A stretch of 64,000 nucleotides of DNA from Cenococcum geophilum. Taxonomy: Eukaryota. The notes beneath the pieces were generated by a model, which was not told where the DNA came from, did not search any database, and saw nothing but the letters and a program-made list of their open reading frames with translations. The DNA is taken from NCBI GenBank assembly GCA_050273025.1, contig CP158635.1, positions 26,598,001-26,662,000 on the forward strand, written 5' to 3'. A program made the position numbers and the translations under genes. This document shows, one piece after another, positions 25,204 to 38,936 of this stretch (positions are counted from its first letter, which is position 1; the number at the start of each line of letters is the position of its first letter).

Positions 25204-25888
25204 ATGTCTTCCTTTCTCCGGCCTTGGGCTTTCTACTTCTCTCAACCTCGACCACTCAAAGACGATCCCACTGGCAGCCCTTCACACACTGATTCAGATC
25301 ACAACCACTTCCTCTCTCTTGCTGACCAGGGCCCCATTGACGTCGCTCCCACCGATATGCCGGACCTCTACGACATACTGTTGTCCGATATTGATGAGAA
25401 GGTCCTGCATGACGAGATCTCAACCGCACTCGGGTCGGCCTACCTGTCGGAAACGCCACACCTGACAAGCCCTCACATCACCGTGGACGGTATTATGTTT
25501 GGCAAACATTGCCGCGTGCTTTTTCCGCTGGTCGTCATGCTCCCTGGCAAGTCGCGCTCATATGTCATACATTTCTTGTATGACAGTGGAAGTCCCTTCA
25601 CGTTCCTCTCACAAGAAGTATGTGGAGTCCCTACTAAGCACTTCACTTGTAACCACTAATAACGCTTTCTAGGCATGCGACAAGCTGTTTGGAACCAACC
25701 CGGTTCCACCCAGTTTTCGCATTCGGATTAACAGCAATCAATTCCGGGTGAACCCGCCGAATGCCGGCTCGCATTTCGAGCACGTGAATCTGCTGGGCAC
25801 CGATTTTTGTGACTCCTTCGGAATAGATGTTAACGTTAGCTACGGAAAAAGAACTGCCACGATGCACTTTCCCTCCGAATCGGAGTGA
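25204..25888 (+). CDS. Stand-alone retropepsin-like (clan AA, single-domain) aspartic protease, ~209 aa
   Basis: Exons 25204-25617 and 25673-25888 (intron GTATGT..ACTAAT..TAG, phase 0). Catalytic-like motif FLYDSGSPFTFLS and C-terminal NLLGTDF motif. Confidence 0.7.
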
Positions 25889-26320
25889 TTTCTTCCCCCT
25901 CTTCAATTTCCAATAAATTGCTGGCATCAATATCCTCAACGTCTTCGAGACAAGCATCAGGTTCTTGCATTCAGCTAGGGGACATGCTCTACATAGCCTT
26001 CGACACGGTATGTCTACTCACCTTTGTGATTGAACGATTGCTAATATGGCCTAGCTCTGCATACCGCATCTGGATATCCTTGGCCTCCTGGTTGATAACA
26101 GAATGAAGAAGCATCTGGGCGGCGCGGTCTGGAATCAGTGACTGTATCATAGTCCTAAAGCAATGAAATTGTCTTGTTCGGAATATATCCCATGCTTCAC
26201 GTGTGCCTCTTTTGCCTCTGTTCCATAAAGGGCTCATATACGTATATTATTCACTTCCTGCGTCTATTATGTGATCCAACAAAAAGGCGAGGGATGAAGA
26301 ATACAAAAATGAAAATTAAG

Positions 26321-27440
26321 CTACACCAGATGACGAACTCCAGGGGCAATTGAATGCTTGCCAAGCGATCCCAGCTGTCGTATATCGGCACTGTGAGTCC
26401 ACCCAGCGACTAGGGCAACTTCTGGGGCTGTGTACCCATCAGGTTGAATGTTTTGTGTGTATAATTGACCTTCAGGTGGCTCTCCTACGGCACTACTGAA
26501 GTCAGTGATGGTTGGTGCACTAGTGCCACCACTCTCGTCAGGAATTCCAAAATCATTTCTGGAAAGATATATGGTCCTATCGGAGAGAATCTTCTGCGGT
26601 CGAGGATTCTGCAATTCGTCTCGAGCGTGTTTCTCCAACACAGAAATGTCCCCAAATTGGCAGATGATATTGTCGAGCTTCAAGTCTAATTGCATGCAAT
26701 TTTAGCTCACGAATCTTTAGGTGTTACATAGAGGTGAATGTTGATATATGGTCGTTACAGATTATTACAAAAAAATTCTTACCCGTATGGATTATCTGGC
26801 ACTCTGTGCAGATAGTCCAGGCTGTGCAGCATAACCTCAACGAACAATCGGAATACGTCAAATGTAAAGACTTCATCCGCGAAATGGCTCTTCAGTATCC
26901 AGAGAGGCTCTTTCAGAGGTTTCAAAATTAGGCAAACATGGTTACCGTGAGGGCCTTCTAAGGTGAATGAGTCAAGGAGATGTTGCACGTAAGGGTAACC
27001 CATATGTTTTGAATTTTTGTTGGTAATTTTTTGAATTATACTCAATTCTCTCTCAGCGGATTCTTCGTCCGGATAATTGTTGACTTTTATTTTTAGAGTC
27101 ACGAAACGTTCGTCCTGTCAGCGCAATCTGATTATAACGAGTAATAGTATCAACCTCAAAGATATGACCCGTGCAATAATGAAGAGGTTATAGTGAGTAG
27201 CAGAAAGGCGAGATCATTGGTGCCTCAAGAAACGCTTGGGCTTCAAATACATGAAGTCGGACATGAAAAAGAGAACCTACTGGTCAAGATCCCGCGCAAC
27301 CCAAACTGTTGCAGTTGTGCCTCAGCCAAACTTCATGCACACTTGATACTTGTTGTTTAGAATTTCGCCTAAGCGCATTGGGTAGTACGACTCGGCTTTG
27401 TAGGTAGGGCAGTGCTCCTCTTCAGGCAAGTGAGTGAGCG
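26321..27440 (-). pseudogene. SRPK/Sky1-like protein kinase pseudogene
   Basis: EEEHCPTYKAESYYPMRLGEILNNKYQVCMKFG*GTTATVWVARD has an in-frame TGA in the Gly-rich loop (27322-27324). LLDSFTLEGPHGNHVCL is followed by an apparent frameshift near LDYLH. Later motifs are DLKLDNI, ITDFS and YTAPEV. Boundaries are approximate. Confidence 0.8.
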
Positions 27441-28195
27441 AAATAATATCAAATCGAATACCGAAAGCCCCTGGCTTAGACTCAAATCATGCACACTGCC
27501 TTTCGTCGGAGTTCGGAATATTATGGGGAAGCCGAGGCCATTCTGGCGTGCCATGAAGTCTCAGGCGCACCTTGAGCGCAAGGCAGTGAGCACTCCTGTA
27601 CAAAACAGCTGTAATGGATCGGAGATACCCAACGAAAACAAGGCGACTGTAAGAACCATTGTACGTGCAAGCCCATCCTGAGGCATCATTGGTAGAGTTC
27701 ACAGCACCTACAAACGTTAAGGATTCAAGGATTATATCAGCTCTTGCGGGGTTGTATCAGCAGGCAGGGGTGCAAGGTGCGGCTGACGGGCGGGCGGGGC
27801 GCTTCCGTGGCGGAAACGAAGAGCGCGAGAAAAAAAGATCTTGGAACGATCTGTTCGTAGGGATCCCTTCAGCTGAGAGACGTTTGTGGGTCCAGCGATG
27901 TGGTTTGTTAGCTAGATTTCCGGACGGGTATGTGCTGACCCGCCCGTTGGCTGACAGGCAAATAATAGTGATCCTTCCAGAATGCACCCGACCATTTGGG
28001 AGATTTTTGACAACATAGTTGGACAATATGGCTTTGCTATTGGACAGCTAGAATGAACTGATATAAATAGGAATTTACCGAATGTAACGCCATATGCTCC
28101 TAACAACTCCGAATGTCTTCGTCCGGCCCGCAACCCCATGAGATCAACACTCGTTCCCATCAATGTCTTCCAAGCCACTCAAGACCTTCCCATCG

Positions 28196-30187
28196 TTATC
28201 TCCAATTACCTTGACTCAGCGCTAGCAATCCTTCTACGCAGCCGAGTTCCTCGCCGCTGGAAATGCTTGTCCGGCCGCTATTGGCCCCTCTATTGCTCAT
28301 GAATGTTGCTATCTCGTCGTCCTCTTCTGGATTGAAGCTTTCGGTATTCGTAACCTGCTTCTTGCCTGATGCTTGCTGTTGCTTCTCACGGGCCATCATC
28401 GCCCCTAGACTACTGCTCTGGCTGAGTATATGAGTGTTTTCCCCGAGTATCTGCCGCTGGCGCCGTTGGCCTGTAGTATGCGGCTCGATCACTCTGCTGC
28501 GACGGGAACCCTGGTGCTGATCCTCTGGTTCCCAGTTCTCTTTATCTGATTCGGTCTGGGGAACCTCGAAGTCGCTATCGTTGTCGTTACCTTTGCCTTT
28601 ATCAGGTGTAGGAACAGTGTCAGGCGGCTTTGTTTGGAGGCGTCCGTAAGATGTAGACGCTCGCACCAATCCGGGTCTTGGGGACTTCAGTCCATCATCC
28701 CTGCATCGCTTCGTAGAATCCTGCCTCATCAATAGTTGTGCGTTTCTCTTATTTGGGTTTGACCTCAAAGTCCCCCTGCTATTTGCTCTGATTAAACCAA
28801 TGGCGTCAGCAGCGGATCCGCTCCGTTCCTGGTCTGCTTTCTCGCTCAAAGAATTCCTAGCATCTGAGTCGCACCAGAATTCCCACGCTCTCGAGTCACG
28901 CGATCTACCAGTAGAGGTTCTTGCGAATTTTGGCGATGGTTCTTGACTAGCAGCTTCTTTAAGCCTTTCATTAAGTCCAGCGGCACTGTAGCTGCGGTGG
29001 AGTCCTGAGGTTCGTCCGGTAAATCTTCCAGGCGGCGGTTGAGATCTTGGAGGAGACGGCGATTGGTCAGCATCAGTTATGACGCGAGCCTTTCCGTCGA
29101 CGGTCGTTGACAACCGGATAAAAGAATGCGAGCGTTTCATTGAACGTGACGGCTGCTGAACGGTCTCTGCAGGCGCATTTGTAATTGAACTTGACAGCTC
29201 CTCCTCGTTGAGTCTGATATACGAAGCACTGCGCCTGTTTGCAAGATATCCAGGCCGCAGTCCAGCAGGCTGGGTGCTGTCTTGAGAGGACGGTAAAGGT
29301 TGGGAGCTGCCTAATTCTATTGGTGCTGTATCACACGAATGTGAATCTGTGGAGGGATATGGGAAGACCTCCATTATTTGAGAATCGGTCTTAGCTGTTG
29401 ACTGCGGTGTTGGTAGTAGTTGAACATTGGTATGCGCGGCAAAATTCGCAGTGTCTATGGTAGATTTGCTTAATGAAGTTTCAGATGCTACTGACGCAAT
29501 CTGGGAAGACGTGGTTGTAAGAGCATTTCCTTCAGTGTCATGTTCCTGCGTGTCGTCACTCTGCGTGCTGGTATCTAAGAGAAAGGAAGAAGACATGACC
29601 GCGGTCGAAGTAGACTCGTCGAAACTGGAGGAGGAATGAGGCAAAATTTCGTACGATTGAGCGGGACGAGATCTCCGGCGGTCGTTTTGACGTTTGTTCT
29701 GGAACCAAATCTAGCTCCCGGGTTAGTCATTCGGCACGGCCTAAGTTATGGAGCTAGGTATACATACTTGAACCTCTTTCTCTCCAAGCGCGACTCGGCG
29801 TACTATTTCTAAACGGGCAGCCTTGTCTGGCTTCGGGTTGCGTTGGTATTCAGCTTTTAGAATGTCTTCGTCTTCTTTGCTGTTGGGTGTCATCGTGATT
29901 AGCGGCGGTGTGGGATTCGTGTGACAGATGCAGGATTGGTCGCGGAGTACTGCCACGCAATAACGCGTCGTGACCCCCACCAACCACAGAATACAGTAGG
30001 AAATACGAGCATACCTGGTGCGTCTGCGCTTCTGGCGAGCAAGAGGCTTATTATCAACATCTGGTGGCAGATTGCGCTGCACAGTTTCTGGAGAGTGGAC
30101 CAAGAATGCAAGGCCACCAGCAATCGTTGGACTGGAACATCCTCCGGAGTCGGATGCAGAAGAACGCGGAGAAGAAGAGTCGCTCAT
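28196..30187 (-). CDS. Homeodomain transcription factor, Yox1/Yhp1-like, ~599 aa
   Basis: Exons 30187-30015, 29879-29768 and 29710-28196 with canonical introns. The spliced homeodomain reads RQKRRRTSKEDEDILKAEYQRNPKPDKAARLEIVRRVALGEKEVQIWFQNKRQ. The C-terminus is GLLALSQGNWR. Confidence 0.88.
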
Positions 30188-32688
30188 TGTTCAATGGGTA
30201 TAACAGATAATGATAACAATAAAATTGAAGTTTGGTGAGTGTCTGGTGCCAATGCCAGACAGGATATGTGGTGGTGAAAGACGCGATGATATGGCGGCGC
30301 GTGTGCGAGGGGGCTTTCAGTTGACGTGATTTCGATTTCGCTTCGGTCCGAGCGGCGACGATCAATGTTGTGCAGAACAATCTAACCGCATTCTTTATTC
30401 CACCACCGCAATTGCCCAGCGGAATCTATGTATATTGTCATTGATCAATAAAATACTGTCCTGAAATCTTTTCAAACCACCCATTAGTTAGCTTCACTCT
30501 TGTGATACATCAAGTAATGCGACATCCCTCATGGCTTCCATAAGCTCCAGGTAATAATTCTTATTGAATGTTTAGCAAGTATATCATGCTATTCTACGGT
30601 AGGTTGACTCTGCTCACTAGCTCTTCCATAGCTAAATCCCTTCCTACTTCATTCAGCCGGAGGGATATAGCCTTCATCACGACCCTCCCGCGATGTCACG
30701 TGTCGGTCTTGGCGGTCAGCGTGGCAATGTTCACCTCAGGCCTCTTACAAACACCATGGTATACGTGTTCTAGGGATATGTATTCCACTTCGAGGAGGCC
30801 GTGCATATGGTTGAGGCTCGGCTGTTTCCGTTCTAAGCCGATACTCATCATAAATAGGCAGCCGCCCAGGCATTCCTGCAACCATGAATTCCCATGCGAC
30901 CGCTTTTCCATCCTGGTTTGGCGTTCAACCGTAAGATCGGGCTGAAGTTTGCGTTAGGCGCAAGCAAATCAGATCCATTTACGCAGTAAGATCTTTTTCT
31001 TTCATCTGACCCTGCGTTGCTGCGGTCACCTTCGGTAGCGACCTCAATTCCACTCCGTTGAGGTGTCCTTCTGCCTTAATCTATTGATAATGCTACAGTT
31101 CCACTATCACCGGTCTTCTCCCCTCTCAAGGCAGACACCTCGTACGGAGCCATCTTACCTCATTCTCTTTTCGTCACAACGGGGGCAAAGTGCCGGTTTC
31201 TATGTTCTGCCTAGATCACCTGGCTAGTCGCGCGTCTAGACTGCCGCGAATCCAGTTCCAGTGACACTACTGTCATGCGGGGACTCTAGTGGCATGCACC
31301 CAGCGGACAGGATCTTGGGTCTCCTCGATCACGGACCATCCGAGTTTTCATGGAGACTACTGCTATAGATTCCTAAGGACCTTTAGAAGTTTTTTTCGCA
31401 CTCTAAATCTCACCGGATTTCGCCCCCAGTTTCTCTATCCTTTAATACCCCGGCTTTGCTCTTTTCCTCAGCAACTCCCACTACGATTGAGGGCGCAGCG
31501 TCCTTTGGCTAGAAAGTCGCCCCACACCTGGACGCCACCGGACCGTCGCCCTGCCGTAGGAAGTATCCTTAGGGCGGACAGGGAAATGGCTATTCTCTAG
31601 GTTGAACACTGGCGGAGCAAAATAGCTACTGAATGTGCGGTGAAAGAGCATTGTTTCCATGTTTTGGGCTCAGTCTTAGGGCTGAACCATCCCAACCCCG
31701 GTCCCGGTCCCCCGTTCCCGGAGCCCAAACTCCAACACTTTTGACATGCGGCCCAAGAAAGCTGTACTCATGGTTGATTTGACTTTCGTTAGCTGCAATT
31801 GGGCGCTGCTTGGGGCCCGGCAAATGACTAACCATGTGGGTACTACCCTAGTATCGTTAAGGGCCGCGTGCAGTGGTCGATAAGAATCGACCCCTAAGTG
31901 GACGAGAAGAACTTCACGAATGCAAAAAGCGCTAGGCATCAAGCTCATAAGTGTCATGTATTGCATAAATCCCATGATCAAAGGCCGCTCATGTCGCTGT
32001 TGGCACTTTGCCGGCTGTAACCGAAGAAACAGGGCATCTTCGTAGGGTGGGGGCCGCGAATTAAATATAAGGATAGGCTTTAGAGGATTGCTTGAACTTG
32101 CGGGAGAGGCGTCAACCAAGGCAACCGCACCATGTGCACGAAGTCATTTCAAGAAAGGTCTATTCTTCTGACAGTAGCGGATAAAATTCCGATAATCCTT
32201 GATGTGTAGAAAACCTGGTGGCCACTGAATTCCTTTTTCCTAGGAACTACTGATATATGATCGGGATTATCGTTCGTCGTCATGTCGTTACCAATACACC
32301 TTTGCGTTTCACCCTTTCAATTGGCTCCCTCTATTCAGCCCCCCTCATCAAACGGCCTCCCCTTTTCAACCCTATGTCCGACATCCTTTTCCTAGAACAG
32401 TGCTAGTCCTTCTGGTTGACTCCTCTGGTACTACTGCGCGCTTCTCAGGCCTGCTCACCGTTCAAAAAGTCTTTCCTTGTGAGTCACGGGTATCTCGATC
32501 CCTTGTACAACAACCGGATTTTGTCAGAGTTTCACCGTACCCTGCCCTCTCCATGAGGCTCAAGCTGAGCGCCTTACCCCTGTCTTCATGAGAGAAGCAT
32601 AAATGGAAGTATATCGCATTACTTTTCTCATCTGCTGTCAAAAGACAAATGAATTTGACTGAATTTCATTCGACTCCAAGAAGCAATT

Positions 32689-33785
32689 ATGACAACTATG
32701 CGGATTGCCATTGCCGGAACGTGCGGTTTGGCGTTGATAATCTCCCGAGAAATTCAGGAGCAAACAAGCCATCAGTTACTCATCCTCTCAAGATCGGTAA
32801 GTTCTTCAATTTACTTCTGTATGGGACTCGGTGGATGCAATACACGCAAATGCAAGAAGGAATCCGTCAGAGGAGTAGCCTGGTGTGTTCTTGCATGCTA
32901 ACAACCCTCAGCCCCAGCCTGGCCTCATCTCCCAAGGCTACCAATGTCTAACCGTGGATTACAATGATCCTGCTTCCATTCAACACTCCTTGATGGGTGT
33001 CGACACCGTCATTTCCACCGTGACCGGCACTCCGCAGCTAAGGCTCATCGAAGCTGCGGTCGCACAGCGCGTACGGCGATTTGCACCAGCAGAATTCGAA
33101 GGCCCTCCATCTTTGCGTACCGTTAGTGACCCTCTCAATCGCGGAAAGGCCGACGCGCTTCGTGCTTTGCAACACTACCATGGCTACATTCAGTCGACCG
33201 TTTTCACTTGTGGCATTCTCTATGAGCGTTTCGCACCGAACGGCCTAGCAGCGCATCAAATCGGTGTCAACTCTGGATTCGCAAACGAAGGTGACTACGT
33301 TCTTGACGCTCGAAATATGACTGCCCAAGCGCCTGTGTACGACTCGGCCAACAACCTCTCTAGCCTTTGCATGACTTCGGCTTACGATGTTGGACGATTT
33401 GTGGTTCGGGCCTTGGATATGGCCCAGTGGCCATCTGAACTCACCATGTGTGGAGAAAGGACCAGTGTATCCACGTTGATTGAAACGGTGAAACAGTGTC
33501 GAGGTAAACACCTCCCACAGCTACTGATTATTATAATCTAACAGGAGGGTAGGGAGACAACTCGCCCACGTTCAATGGCACAATCCCGATACATTAAGAT
33601 ACGAGTTAACACTGGCTCAGCTGTCAAGCGATGTTGCGAAACAGACACGCCTGTCCGCCCTAATAGCGACAGCAGAAGGTCACTACGATTTCGCACAGCC
33701 AGCGTACCTCAATTCTCAGTTTCCAGACATTCATCCCGAACGCTTTCGAGATTGGTTCGTGAGAAATTGGGCCGGAGTTCCCTAG
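32689..33785 (+). CDS. NmrA/isoflavone-reductase-like NAD(P)-binding protein
   Basis: Exons 32689-32796, 32912-33503 and 33553-33785. Motifs MRIAIAG.G, VDY.D...L.GVDTVIS, RLIEAA....VRRFAPAEF and DVGRFV. The start could be at 32698. Confidence 0.85.
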
Positions 33786-34960
33786 GCTCAGCAGTCGGTG
33801 TGAGCAGGAGAAGCGACTAGACTACGATCTAGAACGCACCGGTGACGGGGAAGATACAGCTAGCACAAAGCCGGAGTCATGAGTTGCGATTTACACTCGA
33901 GTAGGGACATTCCGTGAGTCGGGCGTGCAGTGCTGACGTTCTCCGGTGTCGAGCTGAGTCTTACAGCCGCCTCACTCTCATTTTCTGCCTCGTTGCTTCA
34001 TTTTTTGACTTCACTAAGCTGATTTCCTATATTACTTAGACTGTATAGCCAACATTGGAAAAAAGCAACTCTGTGGTATTCTTCGCTCCAAAAAACCCTT
34101 GTAGAGTCATCCTTCATCAGGGCGACGGCAGTTACAAGGTGTAGATTATGGAGCCCTCCACCCAATCCGGAGCGATTCTACATCTCTTTGCGCGCAGACT
34201 TTATGAATGAATTCAAATTATTAACCTGGACGTTTAGTAAATACGCAATGCCTTTTGCGGGTAGTCGTCAGCACTCCTTTCCTGCTGCCATCCTGCTCAC
34301 AGAACTGCTGGAAGCAGCCCAGCGTTACCCTGATCTACGTAATTTTTTAGTCGGCGCATATCCTAAGCTCGGTAATAATTTTGGAATGCTTAATTTGAGG
34401 CGAAATTGCTTTAAAGATTTCCATTGTTGTCAGGGCGTTTGGTCACCCGAACAGGGATAGGTGAGTGTTGCTATTGCCAAGGCCAGTTCCCTCAGGCATC
34501 CAACAATTCTAGGTTGGCATATTTCAATATTTACATCACACTGACAAGGGGTCCTGCTTAAGTAGGCAAAGAAATGCATGTGTGCCTAAAGAAGCACAAG
34601 GCAATTCCTGAATCTTCGATCCACATTTGGATTTTCGGCGTATGATGTATTGATGCCCCACCAATAACGGACCTCGACAGCGACTATTAAAGCTCTGCAC
34701 ACGACCATTTTACAATTGTCTTCAAAACACTTCCTCATTGCTGCATACGAACTCTGCGAATCTTATTTCCTTCAATTTCCACATCTAACAACTACACATC
34801 GTAAGTAAGCACTCCTTTCATCCTCTCCCCGCAAAATTATTCCAATCCTGAAATACCTGAAGCTCGCGACCTCTCCATGGCTTCAACTCACTCTCATACT
34901 GTACAATTATACAAATTACAGACGCTAACCACTCAGCAGCCTCACATCTATACAGTTAAC

Positions 34961-35308
34961 ATGCCTTCCAAACAAGAAATCATCGACGAACGCCAAGCCA
35001 ACCTTCCTCTTCCTGAACAGCCTCCTCGATCATCCGATTGGAATTCCAGCGATGAGCGAACTATGAATGTCGGACCTAGTGGCCGCGAAGACGACATTTC
35101 CGCCTCCCGTAGAGGCCCAGAAACATTAAGGGAGGCAGCAACCGGAGAGAGTGATATCAGAGTGTCCGGCGAGGAGTGGAAAACAAACACAGCGGCCAAT
35201 GGTGCTGGGCGAGAAGCTAAGGATAACCTCCAGGGTCTGCCAAATGATGCTGCGACAAGGGAGACGAGGAATAAGGCATCGACGGTGGAGACAAGGAAGT
35301 GGAATTAG
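34961..35308 (+). CDS. Small hydrophilic hypothetical protein (~115 aa), possibly stress or conidiation related
   Basis: Reads MPSKQEIIDERQANLPLPEQPP..DWNSSD..GLPNDA. Preceded by a likely 5'UTR intron (GTAAGT 34801 .. GCTAAC .. CAG ~34939). The function is inferred from composition only. Confidence 0.65.
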   Translation: MPSKQEIIDERQANLPLPEQPPRSSDWNSSDERTMNVGPSGREDDISASRRGPETLREAATGESDIRVSGEEWKTNTAANGAGREAKDNLQGLPNDAATRETRNKASTVETRKWN

Positions 35309-35804
35309 GGTTATCCACAGGAATGATCAGTCGCGCGAGTTGTAAAGGTGGAATTGTTATGAGCAGCTAAATATAGGAAAGTCTAAAATTAATCGAGGCG
35401 TATACAGTAAAGAACTAAGTTCTTCGCATCTGGCTCTACTTAGCCAGCTTTTGCTATGACATCAAGATATACACTATCCACAAGCTTCAACTAGTCCTAA
35501 CACAGTGAAATCTGCACCGATCTAAGCTATAATACCTAATTTCATACAACCGACATTCAACTATTCATAGATCTCATTTCTATGAATTTCGAAGTTCCTC
35601 TGTTACCGTACTTTATGCGGATCTATAGTTATGATATCATACCTTCGCAGGTGGTAAAAATGGTATTTCTCATGGGCTTCTTGCATCTATTCATCCCCTC
35701 AACAATCTTCTTAGTCCAGACTATCCTTCGCGCCCGGTTGCAAATAATCGGCACGGAATACCATTCGTAACACAGAGTAACTTCTCATAACTCATGCAAC
35801 CAAT

Positions 35805-36402
35805 ATGGCTACTTCTCATGGAACAAAGGTAAGCCATACCATCACCCATAACTTCTTAGACTTCTCTTCTCTCCGAGACGTCTGCAGCTCCCATTTGGTC
35901 CCAAACAAAGACAGCTCACTGACATATCTTTCCAAGGTCACGAAAGACACACGAGCCAAAGAGGAAATCCCCGAAGCCGTAGGCACCGTTACTTCAGGTT
36001 CTCTGGCAGCAGATTCACTCACCAATGGTGAATTCGGTCGAAACAACCCTAAAGCAGATGCAACGTCCCAGCCCAGCAGATCCACAACCACCAACAACCA
36101 TGACACAAGCAGTGCCACTACTTTCGACCCAGCTCAGACGCCGAGGCTCGCGAAGCAAGAGAAGGCGAGAACGAGTTCAAGCCACATGGCAAGAACATTA
36201 CCGAAGGAGGATTCGATAGCAACGCGCCATACGCAAGCTTCGACCAGGATATTGGGACTGAAAAAGACCCAGGAGGCTCGCGGAGTAGAATTTGGAAGCC
36301 CCGAACGCGCAGAGTGCGCATGATTCTAGAAGTGGACCGAGACAGAGTGGTGTTACTGGGAAGGGGACGTATGATGCGTTAAGGAGTGAGGAGCAGGCGT
36401 GA
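35805..36402 (+). pseudogene. Disrupted small hydrophilic fungal protein gene
   Basis: MATSHGTK, intron (~35829-35936), then VTKD..GTVTSGSLAADS. Coding-like sequence continues in a shifted frame (DAEARE..KPHGKNITEGGFDSNAPYASFDQDIGTEKDPG). A second shift and a TAG precede GPRQ..YDALRSEEQA*. Confidence 0.55.
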
Positions 36403-36953
36403 GAATGAGTCTAATAGCGATATCAGCTGCTTTGTAAGATGACTGAGGATTATGGAGCTAGCTTTGGAAATTACTCCGTTCATCAGATATACAGTTAAGA
36501 AATGCCATTGCCGCCCTCAACACACAACATACTGTTCTGGATAAAGCATTAGGTAGATGTTTATACTCATATACATAGATACTTTACGGAGTCTTCATAT
36601 GTCAACGAAAGTCATAGTCTTCTATCAATACTCTTGGTGGCGGTACACAGTTCATAATTCAGATGAATATCTCAAATATATCTGGAAAACAATTGTAATC
36701 GTGAACTGTACCGAACCAATCCTGTGTCAATTGGCGGTGGTATAAGAATCGGGAGTCTCGCCGGGGAATACTTTACAGCTCCGCAATAAATGGTCTGTGC
36801 TGCGGGCGCGCGCAAGGCTGAATGTCGAGGTGGCCTCTTCACATTTTTGGTCATCATAATCTCCAGCCGCCCTCACTTTTAACCCTCACCTAACTCCTTG
36901 CATACCGGTATTCAAAGAGTTGGTCTTGGGCACACGGCGCCTTAAAAAGCTCC

Positions 36954-38372
36954 ATGAATGGTTTTGCCGAAAGTGGCCTCTCTGAGGAAGCCTTTGGCGC
37001 TTCCAAGGGGGGCCTTTCGTCCTTTGATGCTTTCCGTAAGTTTGTCCCGTGGAGGTCTCATGCAGCTTTCCTCGAGCCCATTGCGCCGCCCGCGCACCCT
37101 TCTACCTTCCCATTCATCTGAATTCGGAGAATACGAAAGCATGGCTATTGAAAATACCTGCTAATCAGTACTTCAGCGAAAACCAAATCTACCTACCTCG
37201 CGCGCAACCGCAATGGCGGCGCGTGGACTCTGGTCCTCATCATCACTTGTGTATACCTCACTGTGACTGAGACCATGCGCTGGTTCACAGGTACTACCAC
37301 ACACACCTTTAGCGTTGAAAAGGGCGTCTCACACGACCTCCAAATAAACATCGACTTCGTCGTCGCCATGAAATGCGCCGACCTGCACGTCAACGTGCAA
37401 GACGCCTCTGGAGACCGTATCCTCGCGGGTGAAACCCTCCGTAAGGACCCTACATCCTGGAAGCAGTGGGGTAAGGGGCGCAGCATACATACTTTGGGTA
37501 GTGGACCGGACGATGTACCAGGCTGGGAAGACGGGGAGGATGTGCATGATTATCTAGGAGCGGCGAGGGGAAAGAAGAAGTTTCCCAAGACGCCGAGAGT
37601 CAGAGGTCCACCTGATGCTTGTAGGATTTATGGGAGTTTGGAGGGAAATAAGGTACAAGGCGATTTCCATATCACGGCGAGAGGGCATGGGTATATGGAA
37701 TTGGGGGAGCACTTGGATCACAACGGTATGTCCAATTACTTTTTTCCTTCTGTACTTCACTGTACTTCCAGGTGCAGAAAAGAGCAGATTAAAGTCAATG
37801 GCATTTCCAAACCACTAACGGCGCATCCAGCATTCAACTTCTCCCACCAAATCAACGAGCTTTCCTTCGGTCCCTACTATCCCTCACTCGTCAACCCTCT
37901 CGACTCTACCATTGCCACCACCCTATCGCACTTCTTCAAATTCCAGTACTATCTCTCCGTCGTACCCACAATCTACACGGAAGAAGCTCACACGATAGCA
38001 AAACTTAATAACCCAGCCACATCCCCCTCAGATCCACCCGCCTACAGCTCCCACACCATCTGGACGAACCAGTACGCCGTGACGTCGCAGTCGCACCTGG
38101 TCGGCGAAAACCAGGTCCCCGGCATCTTCGTCAAATTTGACATCGAGCCCATCACGCTCACAATCGCGGAAGAGTGGGGCGGAATTATCGCCCTGCTTGT
38201 GCGGCTGGTCAATGTGGTCAGCGGCGTGATTGTAGCTGGTGGGTGGTGCTACCAGCTGTATGACTGGGGGTTGGAGACGTGGGGGAAGAGGACCAGGCGG
38301 AGAGAGAGCAATATGGGTGTTATCACGGGAAGGAGGAGCGGGGAATATGATGTGAAGAGCGCGTATGATTAA
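36954..38372 (+). CDS. ERV41: ER-derived vesicle protein Erv41/ERGIC2
   Basis: Exons 36954-37035, 37177-37725 and 37831-38372. Motifs SFDAFPKTK, TM1, CADLHVNVQDASGD, CRIYGSLEGNKVQGDFHITARGHGY, NFSHQINELSFG, QYYLSVVPT, PGIFVKFDIEP and TM2. Confidence 0.92.
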
Positions 38373-38936
38373 GCGGAGATTAAAGGGGACGCGGGACAGA
38401 TGTGCATTTTATGGAGTTGGTGGCATCTGGATGTGTTCTTGTTTGGGATGTGGATCGGGCTTGTATTTATGGTAGGGAAAGAGATTGAATCGTTATGATT
38501 TCGTCAGTCACTTATTCAACCAACACTCTGTACTCACTGTGGCTTACTGCCTATCTACCAAGTTATTTGTGGTTATTCCACGCCAATGATCCCTTGGGCG
38601 CCAATCTTCACACAATCATTTCAGGGTTGTGCGTCGAGTTTACTTTGAGAAAGTGTCGCCTCCTGGAACCGTTTACGCACTTCAAAGGTTAAGGGATGAA
38701 AATTTCGCTCTTCTACACTTCCTACTTAACCTTCTCAACCTTTCGTTTTCTCTTTTCCTCCTCTCTTTTTCTCCTAACCACAGGCCTAAAAGATAACAAC
38801 CTGTGTGAGGATTCTCGGGTTATGTACCAGGAGTTCCATTCATTATCAATATGCAGACGATACCAAAGGATTCGTCTAACCACAGCCACTAGTCACAGAC
38901 AGAACGTTGAGTCGCCTTAATCAATCTCTTTCATCG

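Noticed and set aside
27480..28180. Overlapping 70-120 aa ORFs between the kinase pseudogene and the homeobox gene
   Set aside because: No recognisable motif or consistent gene model.
30200..32680. Short ORFs in the long region between the homeobox and NmrA-like genes
   Set aside because: No domain motifs or convincing splice structure; more likely a divergent promoter and UTR region.
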